A stretch of 56,728 nt of DNA, the filler included, from Sphacelaria rigidula (taxonomy: Eukaryota), in assembly GCA_964200075.2 (NCBI GenBank). It is 4 parts of 4 records of this genome, joined end to end, with 100 filler letters (N's around TTAATTAATTAA, not from the genome) between each part and the next. Parts side by side here need not be neighbours in the genome. Positions count along the whole stretch, not along the records: positions 1 to 14,110 come from CAXNAA020002452.1; positions 14,211 to 28,319 come from CAXNAA020002453.1; 2 more parts are not named here. One strand, written 5' to 3'. Shown here in pieces: positions 13,843 to 26,703 of this stretch; the first letter of the stretch is position 1; each line of letters opens with the position of its first letter. The notes below the pieces were generated by a model, which searched no databases, was not told where the DNA came from, and saw only the letters and a program-made list of their open reading frames with translations. Made by a program: the position numbers and the translations under genes.

Positions 13843-14110
13843 ATTACTTTCATTTTCTCCCTTCGTCGGGAACAGCAGTCTAGTTCACTCTTATCTTTTT
13901 GGAGAAATCATTAAACGAGCAGCACGTGTTGACGGTTGCGACAAGTACACATGATTGATCTTCAGCAGGAATCATTTGGAAGGTCTAGGCGTCTTTACCA
14001 ACAATTACCTTCTACGCACGTACGTCGCAAGCCGCAAACGTTCACGGTTAGGACGAATCATTATGACTCAAAATCACCAAATCCACGATTTCTTCGGCCT
14101 GATTGCCCAA

Positions 14111-14210
14111 NNNNNNNNNNNNNNNNNNNNNNNNNNNNNNNNNNNNNNNNNNNNTTAATTAATTAANNNNNNNNNNNNNNNNNNNNNNNNNNNNNNNNNN
14201 NNNNNNNNNN
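14111..14210. other. Artificial contig linker
   Basis: N44-TTAATTAATTAA-N44 (stop codons in all six frames). Confidence 0.97.
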
Positions 14211-14617
14211 TGCGAAAAAAACACGAAAATACGCCATCCACAGAAAATGCTAGACTCAGGGCTGTGCAGTATAGGAGGGAAAAAAGATCGCGATCGTTAT
14301 TGTGAAGAGTTTTATACCTATTCATTTATCTGAATATTTACCGTTTCGTCGCTGAAGAGCGGGAAAACTGCTTATATTGGACCAAAAACGGTCAATAATA
14401 CCCTCCTGATAAACGGGGTATCAAGTCCGTATCGCCCCAAAAACACCAACTTGAGCACTGCAGTTTGAGCGCGGCCTACGCTTTCTCCCTGAATTTACCG
14501 GCGCTAGCACTTTCAAGTAGTAGTGACGAATAGTATTCCAGAAAAACTCAAAAAATAGAACAACTACGAATTCTGAAAACTTCTGATGCTGACTACTATA
14601 CTGACTATGTTACATGT

Positions 14618-14700
14618 GGATGACAGCCTCCAATGAGTTGCTTCGTTTCTGGTATCACCACGTCCAGAGACAGCCTGGGTCACACACTGCCTCATGGGTA
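14618..14700 (+). repeat. Dispersed repeat (three copies)
   Basis: ATGACAGCCTCCAATGAGTTGC...TGGT.TC.CCAC.TC.AGAG is also present at about 39244-39295 and 42626-42705. Confidence 0.65.
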
Positions 14701-15385
14701 TCTCACAAATTAATCACGACGTAGTATGACCATCCCCTTTGCGCGAAATTGAGGTCCTTCCACCCCGCACAACCACCGCCATGGTTACCGCAAAAAATAC
14801 ACAAGCGGGAAAAACTCCGGTAATCTGGTCGCCTAGCTCACAGTGAGGAGCGTGTTTTACAACGTCGTTGCCAACAGACGCCAACCCATCTACTCATGAT
14901 CTCGCATGCCGTAGCCATATGACCGTTGACCTCTCATCCCTACAAAGCCGACGCCAACCCATGGGGGAGGCGACCGGGGAGAGGTGGGTTCATCCATTGA
15001 GACTACGCACTTGTCCCGACCAAGGGAAGGGATAGCAAGCATGACAAACAAAAACAGTACATTTTCGAAGTCTGGTTGCATTGCGGATAACTATGGGTTG
15101 CTCGCGGGGCTTATCGATTTCAATGGCGGAAGGTGTTTTACAGACAGTAATGTTCCTGAACTGTGGCAATCATACCAGATATCCGTGCGCGCTTTGTTCT
15201 CTCCACGAGGTGACACCGTTGGACAACTACCCAATAAACACGTTGGTGATACAGTAGGTGTCACCACCTGCTACATCAGGCGACGTAATGGCTCCAAACG
15301 GGATGGATCGCCCCCCCCGCCGCCAGCAGTGGATGTAACTTGTTGTCGCGCGTGTCCCTGCTCCGTGAACAACGTGAGTGCGCAG

Positions 15386-18300
15386 GAGAGACACGGTGTG
15401 GACATCGAAGACGAGAGCTGGCTGTTTTTCACGCCAGGCACTGTGCAGAGCATGAATGCCGCCTGCAGTGCGCTGCCAGAGGGTTCCAGTGTGATGGTCA
15501 TGACGCCGAGGTACGTGCCATGTCACAGGCTGGCTGACGATCATGTTGCGTTGTGCACCTGTGTCGTCTGATACAGTATTCTGATTCAGTAGACCGGACA
15601 CCGAACTCAGGCGCCCGGTTTATCCATTTTGGTGAAGCTTCCGAGTGGCGAGGTACACAGGAGAAAGCGCATCCTGTGGGAACGTTGTGAGTGCGAGCGT
15701 GCCCATGTGCTACTACCCCTTAAAAAATCATCGTCCTCCAAGAAGGCAGCCCAGTGTGCTAGAGTTGTTTTTTTCTTACACTCGAGTTGAGTGTAGACCA
15801 ATCACATCGGCAGAGAGGCCGTACTGACCAAGCTCTAGGAGGCCTTGCCACGACCTTTTCGGACAGGCCATTTTATTGTTGTTTTGCTGCTGCTACTGTT
15901 GCTGTCGTTTGTGGTTTATTATTGTTGTTCAGCAGTAGGGCTAGATGCGGTGATCAGCGGCAACTCATAGACTCCGTCCATAAGCCGTCTTAGGCAGGCA
16001 AGCCTTCTGGAGAGGGGTAATGATGTTCTGGAGAAAAAGGTATCACCAGACACAATCTAGGTTGAGGATGGCCTGGGGATTTACTTGTCACGCCCGTCAC
16101 CACCGTCCACGCAAGTGTCATGAAGCAATGGCATCAGTTGTATATATATGCACTACACATGTTTTGTAGAAATTGCGTGTAACTCGCCATCATCCTCAGT
16201 GGTCATTTACCAGAATAATGTTTGGGCCTTAAACAGCCGTAGTTGCTAAAGGATTAAGGTGGGAAGCTTTACTGTAGTAAGACTACAAATTCCTCTGTCG
16301 ATACGTCTCTGGCTGGAGCACCTGATATCGAATATATGGTGTCCGCAGCGCTTGACTGTGCCTCCAACACTGGGCTGCCATATCAGCACTCATACCTCTA
16401 CCTTCCGCCGTCTGTTGCATCCGCCGCTTGTCGCCGGCAACTGTTGCCCGAAAATTCCAACTCACCGCAGCTATCCCCCATTCTTCACATCTCCCCCGCA
16501 CACAAACCGGGGTCTGGTGACTGTGCCATTAGATAGAGGTGAGACAGCCATGCCTCTCCTTGTGTACGTAGTTTGTTTTCATACTCTGGCAAAGCTGTTT
16601 CAAAGTTCCGACAACGTACCATGCAATACGAGTTTTCGCCACTCTTGGATGTGACTCAGGACACGACTCGGTTGATTGAATATGGCTCTTCAATGAGTAT
16701 GTTCAGACATGCTGGTGGTGCGAAACGTCCGCATAAAGAAACAAAAAACAAGATTACCGCTGCATGTTCCTCCTCGGCATGGCCTCCCTGAGGAATGTCC
16801 ATTACTTGCAATTGACTGCCTCGCGTCCACTTATACGGGCAATCTGCTTCTAGCTGGAGGGCGTTGGACTCTGGATTGGGAAGGTATGGAAGCCGCGATG
16901 AAGGAGCACCCGGAGGTGAAGTTGTACATGCTGTGCAACCCCTACAACCCAGTAGGTGAGCAGACTGTTTGCAGTGTCGCCCGGGATGTACCCGACCGCC
17001 AGAATTGGACCCCCTCTATTATAGATATATTGCTATATACCCACAAGTGACTGCAGCAGGCTGGCGCTGGCACATGTCGAGTTGCCGAGCTAGCTGTCGC
17101 TCAACTGCGCAAGAAGGAAAGATTTGATGTTGAAGGAGCGCTTATGGCCAACAAAGACTTGTAGAGAACAATGGACCGTTGGAGTCCAGTTGAGAAGTTG
17201 GAGAAGTCAAGAGTGAAGGAATGAGGCTCGCGATGTGCTCGTGAATTCTCTTGTGCTCTTATCAAGAAGTTGTATCGTACTCCTATCAAAGATTTTCGAT
17301 CGCATTGGACCGTTTCTCAGATCGATATATACTGTTCTAGACTAATTCCACCAACAGCGGTTGCTCCGCATAAAGATCAAACGAAGCATCCTACCTGCGC
17401 TGTGCTACTGAGTATTGCATGGATAGCCTCTGCCAAAGCCTACCCTTAACGCCCGCTGCTCCCGCCGATCATGCCCGCTATCTGTAATATTGTCAACAAA
17501 AACTACGCTTGTGTGCGAACAAGCAGTCCCCCCAAATAAACTCATGGCACCCATACCGTCAGTATCCTCGCCGTGCTGACCCTGGAAAATAGATGGACAT
17601 GTGTGTGTCCTACCTACACTGTCGTATTCCAACTGCTCGCTCATCTGTATCTGCCCATGATCACGCAGAACATCCGTGTTAACATGTCGTCTAAGGTGTT
17701 TTCTCGCGGCGCCCCCTCCACCTTGAAAATTTCAGGGCGAGTTTTCACGGAGGAGGAATTGCGAAGACTGGGAGAATTCTGTGAACGGCACGACCTTACC
17801 ATCGTGTCTGACGAGATACACTGTGATCTCATCTTAAATGAAGGGTTGAAGCACCTGTCCATGCTGACGGTTGACAACGGGGTGAGTTTTGGAAATCAAG
17901 CACAAAATACAGAGCTGCGTCCCCTGGGGGTCGCTGCATATTTGCGTGCCAAGTCCCGGGCGCGATGAACAGTTTCCTACAATAGTGAGGACACGCACGG
18001 CATCCGAGCGGTGTAGACGAGATATCTTGTGCGCATTTCTCCCGTTTGAACAGAACACACGCTGCGTTGAACGAACACTGTGCTCTCAATGTCACCGACC
18101 GTTCCCTCCCAACACACCGCAGCGATTCGCCGGTCGGACAATCGTGATGAACGCACCCAGCAAGACCTTCAATGTCCCTGGGCTGGGGTGTTCATACGTC
18201 ATTATCCCGGACAAGAGTCTGCGACTAGGATTTATGAAGGCGGCCAGGTAAGATCGCACGGCTTGATCAAGTGCGTCGCGATTTTCCAAAACGCCGTATG

Positions 18301-19569
18301 GAAGGGTACTCCTGATCTCCGCTTCGTCATGGACACGTACATGCGGCGTGCCCTTTGTCGGGGGTTGGTGCAGCAGGAACGCGAGCTGCAAGGTACATGA
18401 CCTGTCGCCCTCTGGTATCCCTAATCCCTGCTTGGGATATCAAATGTTATGTCATTGAGCTGAAGGGCGCAAATGACTGGTTTCAGTCCCTTCGGATGCG
18501 TTCAGTAAAAAGCCAGGGCTCTTCTTGTGCAGAAAAGGCTGCGCTGCCCGTCTGGCAGTGGCGGGGCATTGCTTCGGTTACTGGCACATTCTCGAACGAA
18601 ATCTGAAATATTTTTGGTCGTCTTTCTCCCGAAGGCTTCCGATCGTCGGATGATGGTAGCCCCCCTTTTTTTTGTCTCACCCCTCCTCGTTGTTTTTTGG
18701 CGTCATATCGCTTCGAAGATCATCTGTGCACTTTTGATAGCTCGTCTCTTGCTGGTCTCGCACGAATCTGTGTTTTTCTGTGTCATGTTCTGTTGTGTTG
18801 CCGCGTTTATCCGCCGCACGTCCGATCTCCGCGCCACAGAGGGTGGATTACGCAAAATCCAACGTTGGGATATGACGGCTGTCAAGCTGCGTATAATGAA
18901 GGAGAGCCATGGCGACACGCCCTGATCGAGCACCTTAGAGGGAACCGAGCCGCACTATATTCGTTCATTGAGGAGCGATTGCCGGAACTGAAAATTGACC
19001 CTATGGAGGCGACCTACTTGGCGTGGGTTGATGCTCGAGAGCTCGGGTGAGCAACATCGTGATGGGCTTTTGGAACTCCTCTATGTAGCCCCTCCACGCA
19101 CGCCGTAGCCGGTGGATATTGCGCAAACGTCGGGTGCGTTTGCATAGGCAGTACACTTACCGAGATTTTTTGCAAGGGCTGTGCTTTTCCGCAAGATGTA
19201 GCTTTCCATTGCCACATACAAGATAGTTGCTACTTACCATTGCTGTAAAAAACGTACATCGAGCAACCTGCAGGAGCGCCTTTCTCCCGCCCCCTGCATA
19301 GGCACTGGTCGTATTCCACGACGTTGATACAGTCTGATTGCTTCTATCTCCATTGACCGCGTGATGCTTCTTTCAGATGGAAAAGCCCTGGATTGGAGTT
19401 CGAGAGGGCGGGGGTAGGCCTTACCGACGGCAAGACTTTCTTAATGGATGGATACGTGCGAATTAATTTCGCGTGTCCGCGCAAGACGCTTATGGAAGGC
19501 TTGCAACGAATGGAGCAAGCCATCATATCTGGCTACCGCGAGAAGAAGGATTCGCCAGCCTCCCAGTAG
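15386..19569 (+). CDS. MalY/PatB-family PLP-dependent cystathionine beta-lyase / C-S lyase (aminotransferase class I/II fold), 5' exons missing
   Basis: Seven phase-consistent GT-AG exons: 15386-15510, 16471-16538, 16854-16955, 17736-17881, 18123-18247, 18840-19046, 19377-19569(TAG). The joined peptide has WLFFTPG, TPSYPPF, LCNPYNPVGRVF, VSDEIHCDL, APSKTFN (PLP lysine at 18162-18164), EATYLAWVD and GYVRINFACP. The N-terminal MWVADMDF-type exon was not found (contig starts at 14211). Confidence 0.9.
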
Positions 19570-20453
19570 TGGTGATCACTCGTTGCGTTCCTCGTATACT
19601 CGTAAGGTCTAGTGATCGTGTGTTGTGTGATGTGAAGTTTGGATGAAAGCGCTGCTGCGCTCGTGAGGCACCGGTCCTGAACTACGTTCGAGGGCAAGAA
19701 CCCAAGCAAGATCTTGTAACATTTTACGAACCGGGGAAAGGTGATTCGTTTTGCGGCAAACTTTGATGCGTGTAGAAAACCTGTTGAGTATGTATGAGTG
19801 ACATGTGCCTCTGTGGTCAGAGAGAACGGTGGCACATGTTCCCCGCATACGCGGCTATTTGAACCCCTTACTCGCGAAGTCGTTGTTGACAACTTGAGGT
19901 TATGCGTGCTGTTACGAACGCTTTATATCTCGGCTCTTGTGTGCATTTTCTTGCAGTAAAGATTCATAAATATTTCGCCGTCAAAGAGGTAGGCCCTTTG
20001 ACCACCAGGGTAGGTCATATGCTGAATTGACATCATTTTTACTAAGAAAAGATGCTGTACAACCCACATGACCCACCTAGGCGGTCAAGAGATCCACAGC
20101 GGGGCAACCGTTGGCTTGGCAACATGTACGCCCCGGACGGCATGAGTAACCCTTGTTGAAGAGGCAGATGTTTATGCAACTTTTGGGCCGCGACGTGTAA
20201 GTAATCTACATTACTTACGTGCACACTATTGACAATTTCTGATAGTTGATATCACACACTCGGAACGTTCCGATGAAGAATTGAGAGACACCGGTGGTAT
20301 GCCAAAGTCCTGACGGAAGATTACTGCAGTAGGGTGTAAATAACTTCGCCAACTGTAGTGGATGTATTGGAATCCTCGCCAAACTTACGTTCGGGATAAA
20401 ACCTCGCCGAATTGACCAAGTTATCGACCTACTTCAATAGGCAAAATCCGCGC

Positions 20454-23400
20454 TCAGTTACTGTCTTCCTGTTCTTCCTGTCCCTCCTTTTCCTCGCCCG
20501 CATCTTCGTTCTCAGGGTCGTCGTTCACGTCAGCGTTGGACAACGTACCACCTGATGCCTGGCGGCAGCACTCGCGTCCGAAGAAGGCGGGGGAGCAGAA
20601 GTGCTGGGAGGAGTGACAGCTCGTTCCGTATCCCTGCCGTTTTACGAATATACCATGATCAGCACTTGGGCATTGAGTCATGCCCAGTTTTCCACCAGCA
20701 GTAGACAAACCTCTGCCGACGCTGTTTTCCCCTGCTGGCATTGTGCTGTTACAGGATATTATCTCTGCGCATTAGCGTGTTCGCGTATATGACGACTCCT
20801 TGGGTTGTCGGACGCCGATGTAGATATCTCGTAAAATTTTGTTTGATTCAACATTGCAACCGTTCGTTTTTTTCGGAGCTATGTGCGCTCGGCATTTGTC
20901 TTTGCTCGTTTTTTCCAGCATATCCTCAGGGGGTGTCTCTGGTCCGTTTATGTGTGGGTTGTTGCAGTCATGCCGTTCGTGTTGCAGTCGCGCTTTCTTG
21001 TCGAGTGTTCGCGCTTGTCTTTATTTCACTCTGCGTTTTCGTCAAATGTTTTAGCCCAAATCTTCTGATGCGAAGCATTTTTGTATTGTCCATCTCTGTC
21101 AGAACATATTGCTTGTTCTATCAATCCCCCTCGGTGTGGAGTGTTCACTTCTTCGTACTGTGTTCTATGACCTGCGTGAGCAGTGTACTTGTGTTGCTGT
21201 CTCCCTCTGTGGATGGTGAGCGGTTCCGTCCTTCTGTGCGGTGTCCGGGGGGCTCTGTGAGAGGAGTGATTTTTCGTGAGTGTTGCTCGTTTCTCGGCGT
21301 TTTCGCTTTCTTGTGATAAGTGCCTGCGAAGAAGGGCAAGTCGTTGTAGCGTCAGATGTTTTTGCATTGCATGTTTCCGTGTAAGGGGGTATTTTCGAAA
21401 TTCCCCTCTTCCGTTTGTTGTTTTTCCAGTTCTGTGAACAGTTTGCTCGTTCCGTTCCTCTTTGAGAGTGTCCGGTGGCCATCTGAGAAACGTCTCTTGT
21501 TTTCACCGTTTGTTGTGATGGGTATCTACCAAGAGGGCCATGTCGTCGTGATATTGCGTGGTATACTGTTTCCCCCCCGTCGAGTGTGCTCAAGAGATTT
21601 GTTTGTTTTCACCACCCCCAAGTATCTCCAGGTATTCGACTGTCTCGTGTCATTTATTTTTGTTGTATGCTCTGTACGGTGATCTTCGTGTGCCTCTTGG
21701 TAGCCCAAGTGTCCTGTGGGGTTGACGATATCACAACTGTCACATCATATTTTCATGTTGGGCACATGTGACGGCCGATTGTAGTTTGTCGGTTGCTACT
21801 GGTCTCGTGTCGTTTCCATCTTGAAGATACATAACGAGCTTGGCGAAAGGTTATCATGTGCCGCACCGCTTCCTCGGCTGTTCTCTTCTATGGTGTGTCA
21901 GGCTCAAGAGTTTGTGTTTGTTTCAGCACTTCTACGCCTGCCGTTTTCGTGATCATAGCCCGAGACTTGCCTGTTTTTGTACTTATATGAAAGTGTCCAG
22001 TGTGTGTTCCACCGTGTACAGCAGTCGCGTTTTGACTGCTTCAGATAATTTTGTTCAGTGAGTATGGAAGATAAGTGGATGTCACACTTGTGTGCTGCGT
22101 CCCTGTCTCACACCGCTGTCGCTGTTCACCGCTGCAGCACGATCGTGTGCCAGTCCTGTTCCTCGAACATGTAGTGTGCTCGACTTTACGTTTCCCCTTC
22201 GTCCGAGAATTGTGATTGTCCCTGTCTAAAATGTCTTCTTTCACGGTGTCGATTATCAGCGTTGGGCTCTTACTCCTTATTAATGCATAATTCCAGCCCC
22301 AACGTGGTTTGATACATGCCTCCGACGTTCACGCGGCCCTTTTTGTTATCGCTGTCTCACGAGCACCCCCACTCCTTGCATCTATTCTTACGATCTATAA
22401 TGCAGAAGTAATCGCTGGTGAATTCGTTGCCTTGGCTGCCGTCGCTGTCGATGAGCACACTACGGTCGCGGCGGTGGGTGCTTCGTCACAACCGAAATTT
22501 TGGCTACTTCGCCGAGATTAGGTTTTACCAGCGTGACATCGACCGTACTCGGGTCCACTAATTCTACCCGGCAACTGCCGAGCAAGAATTCGAGAAGCTG
22601 CCGCTGACCCTCGCGCCCAAGGAGTGCCCCGAGTTCTGCGTAGTTATCTCGGTCGTCCAGCGGTACGGCCTCGCGAAATAGGCGAAGATTGTCCGATACG
22701 TCGAGAATGGAATCGGTATCATCTGTAAAATTCGCTGTAGAGAACCGCGCGTGGCTCTTGCTCGGTGTAGTGTCAGCTAAAAGGGCTTGGACTTCCGACA
22801 CTGTGGCGGTTACCGAGGCGCGATCCTTTTTATTGCTGCTATGAACATTGCTGTTGAGTGCAGCACGGCTTGAAGGAACGAGCTTGACCTCGACAATAAA
22901 GCCCCGAAGCGTGCGTTGAACCCGCCGATCTTGCCGGGTGAGACCATCCAAGCTTGAGCACTTGAAGGTCATCTGTCTCGAAGTGCCCTGGCCATCAACA
23001 TCACCACTGCTGGTGCTGGTAGTACTCACCAAAATCTCCACCTTTGCCAGACGAGTCCGCCCCAGACACAGCTTCTGTCCATGTTGAACTTCAACCTCGC
23101 CATCGCTCTCAATGTTCGCGAGCTGTGGTGGATTTCCGTTCATTTTTTTTCTTTTTGCTTTATACAGTTCCATGTTCGCTTTCGATTCGCAACACAAATC
23201 CCGCGAGGTCCGTATTTCCGTCATCAAGTAGCTCTCGTCATCATCGTTCCAACGTCCCCACTCCGTCCTCGCTGAGGCCGACGGCGTTCTCTCGGCAATA
23301 CAAGCACCACTACCGTTCGCCCATCCCGGGTCCGCAGCGCGGGATTCGAACAGGTCATGATGGCCCGCGCCTCTTCTCACACCGGAAGCAGAGTGCGGAC

Positions 23401-26151
23401 GAGTTCGCCCTCTTTCGACCGCACCCCCCGGTGGTCTGTGAGGCAAGGCCGTAATTTTTACTTCTTCTCCGTCATTTCTCGTATCGCAACTCCTCCTTCC
23501 TGGCCCCTTTTTGTTAGACTGATTGTTGCTCTCAGTTCCACCACGAGGTTTGTTTAGCGGTACCTGGCCCGCGGATGCAGGGCGCTGGCGAGGTTGCGAA
23601 GGATGGGCACCTCGTCGTTGATAAACCTGACCACTTCGCCTGGGCCGTGGTAACGTGGCCCTGTCTTCAGTACCACATCCATGAGGCTGTCGAGTTGGTA
23701 GCGACGCGGGATACTGGACAATGTCAATCGCTCCCCGATGATACGGAGCCACGTTAGTTTGCGCAAGCATAGCAGAAGTGTGCCCAACTGTGCGGTTCAC
23801 GCGTACCAGTCGATGATGGGCGCGGCTCTTCACGAAATCAGCCTCAAACTTCTGAAAGTCTATGCTGCTGCGCTTTAGGCTTGCCTTCCATGATAGAGCA
23901 GACACAACGAGGAACGCGGCATGCGTGAGGTGGATTGACAGTAGAAGCGTTGAGTAGCGATACGCTCCTGTTGTGTGAGCTGATGACGTGCTCGGATATT
24001 TCGGATGATGGGCTGCGTACGGAAGTTGCAGAACCATGCAGTGCGAATGAAGGTCGTCATTCTGTCGAGGTCCCTCAAGCAGCTGAGAATCTGGGAGATT
24101 TACAGATGTTGCAAACTGTAGTGCTATACGGTACTTCTGCTTGGAGACCGCATGGAGTCGTGCGGTACACTTCTTGTTTCAGATTTTTTCGACGCTACCA
24201 CCTCACAATTTCCCTCAATATTGCCCCTCACGTATACCGCCCAAGCCCTGTCGCGAAAGGAACATTGCGTCGCGCACCTCTCACCAGTCGTGTCAACATG
24301 TGGGCGTTCTCGTGGCGAATGCGCTCTTGCTCCTTCCTTCGCACCGTAAACCTGCGTGAAAAGAGTGCGTCATTTCCCCCCAAATGGGAAAAATTGTGAA
24401 TTTCAAAAAATGTTTTCCTTGGCCACGTGGTATCTCGCGTGGCTTCGTGCATGTCACTTGCATCGCTCCAGAGTCTGTAGATGCACGTTTCTAGGACGGA
24501 CGCTGCCGTTGACAATATCGTAGACCCGCAGTCTGTCTAACGCGGGTCACCTGCAACAAACCTTCCGTTCCGAGCTGCTCGGAAAACCGCGACGTTCGCT
24601 TTTCCAAATGCAAGCGCAGCCTTGACGTCTTGAAATTCATTGAGCGACCTACAGACGGTCGGAATGAGGCGGTCGCAGGGTGAAATAAGCATCCACACTG
24701 TGAGTGATTCAGGAAACTATATTGCGTAGTGCAAGCACGTTGTTGCACTCGAGGAGGCTCTTTGGGACTTAATGTTGTCCAGGTGACACTTGTTTACACC
24801 GACAAGCGCCAAATGACGAAACAGCTTATCTTACAAGGGAGAATTCAGCCGAGACCTGGAAAAGGTAAGTACCATCCATTTTAAATTGTTGCATGTGAGC
24901 CAGCTTCTCAGTAAAACCGGACAGAAAAACAGTAGTACATACACTTACTTGCAGACAAGGGGGTCGCACGTATGTACATCTCAGTTCCTGCACTATGCAC
25001 CTCGCCACTCTACCGCACCCTCCCCCCGCTGTCCTCTCTTGGGCTCAGTCTAGTGTTTTTTACATTGGCCTATAACGAATATAAAACAGTGGAGATATCT
25101 TTTCAAGCAGCTGCGTTAGCTGCAGGGAAAGTATAATAGGATACACAGAGAGCCGGTTAGGTGAGCTGTTGTCTTCCTGCACCCCTCCTATGGAATGCAG
25201 CGCGGTCTCCAATTAAATCCAAAAACCAGCCACCTAAGTGGTGTTTATTGATCACCACGTCAGTTCATTCTTTGAGGCTCGCGGTCAACTCGTACCAATC
25301 CCTCGAAAACAGTGTACTTCCTTCCCCCTATTCCAGTAACATACTCCGACATGCAAACCAACTTCGTCGCAGAGGTCTCGCTACATCTAGTAGCCTCATT
25401 ACTAGTATCGGGTGCCCCCCTCGTCGAATTTCGGCTTACATACGTATTCTTGGCTATGGTGCAGGATATGAGATATATTCCACCCCCCTGTTGCAGGTGA
25501 CGTTTTATCTTAAATATTCGTTTCTAAATCTTGCCAGGCAACTGCACAGCAGATATGATCTTCTTCTTGTCCAAGAAAACCCAAAACAACGAAAGGAACG
25601 CCCCAACCCTTCCTCTTGCTATGAAGTTCACTCGGACCCAACTTGCGAAGAACGAACGTATTTACTCACATCAGTTCCACGGGATTTATTTCTCGATCGA
25701 GAAAAGATGTTCTGAAACACGCCCTAAGACACGCCCCGAACGTCAGCAAATACAGGTACAACACAACAATGGGCACGGCGAACTGTGCTGTAACATGCAA
25801 AACGGTCTCTAGAACGCACCGGATAGTACAGTTCGAAGGACACGAGAGTTGGCAACTGGAACAGGTTCATATTGCTCCGTACATGGGGCGCTACCTTCTC
25901 TGAAAGCCCCCAGTGTGGTAGATATGAGCCATCTGCTCGACGAGGGAGGCATTCCGGCGTCTAACGTCACCCTCAATCAGCTTCTCCCTCGCAGTCTTCC
26001 TCAAATTTGTGGGTCCTTTTCGTGGTCGCTCAGAGGTTGGCTTCGTATCCATAACAGTGGTCACGGTGTTCATTTTGTCCCGGTGACTCTTCTGAAACCG
26101 CTCCACTTCCCATTGAAAGCACAGTAGATTGCCCTTCCTCGAGCTTAGCAT
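20454..26151 (-). CDS. CFAP97/KIAA1430 (hemingway)-like cilia/flagella-associated protein with long C-terminal extension
   Basis: Phase-consistent exons: 26151-25895 (MLSSRKGNLLCFQWEVERFQKSHRDKMNTVTTVMDTKP...RNASLVEQMAHI), 24855-24835 (21 nt), 24648-24562, 24351-24285 (RRKEQERIRHENAHMLTRL), and 23884 into the long ORF 22460-24037 (ASLKRSSIDFQKFEADF...). It ends either at the stop at 22460 or splices to an acidic last exon 20558-20454 (ASGG...DDPENEDAGEEKEGQEEQEDSN). Family assigned by eye from the two 'E..RI..EN..L' coiled-coil motifs. Confidence 0.65.
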
Positions 26152-26258
26152 ATTTGCGCTACGGAAACCGCCGAGAACGAACAGCAAGTACTGTAGTTTG
26201 GATCATGTGTGATAATGTGTACATATACAAGGCTCGGCGACGTTCGTCACCACGCTCA

Positions 26259-26703
26259 AACACGGGGTCTTACACATTGGGGATGGATATTTGATTGGGG
26301 ATGAGAAACCCGGAGAATTAAAATCTTCGTATCCACACCAAATCTTCGGGATATGATTCCGCTTCTTCACCTACTGATAGCTATTGACAACTGCTACATG
26401 CCATAGAAAATTTGGATTCCGATCACCGAAATGTTGGGGCCCCAGGTGAAAAAGCAATTTCGGAACCACTTTGGCGTCCGTTCCGACACCCGAAATTCCC
26501 CGAAATTGGTTTTTCATCTAGGACCCCAACATTTCGGTGATCGGAATCCAAATTTCTATGGCGTGTAGCAGTTGTCAATAGCTATCAGTAGGTGAAGAAG
26601 TGGAATCATATTTCGAAGATTTGGTGAGGATACGAAGATTTTAATTCTCCGGGTTTCTCATCCCCAATCAAATATCCATCCCCACTTTGTAAGATCCCGT
26701 GTT
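26259..26703. mobile_element. Foldback element / near-perfect 445-bp palindrome with 4-bp TSD
   Basis: Arms of about 200 bp (AACACGGGGTCTTACA... / ...TGTAAGATCCCGTGTT), short spacer, flanked by CTCA/CTCA. Confidence 0.85.

Noticed and set aside
14155..14166. TTAATTAATTAA as a biological motif
   Set aside because: Identical in all three gaps and embedded in fixed N runs; assembly linker.
20741..21682. Hydrophobic Cys/Phe/Val-rich + strand ORFs resembling membrane proteins
   Set aside because: Artefact of T/G strand bias; no motifs or splice support.
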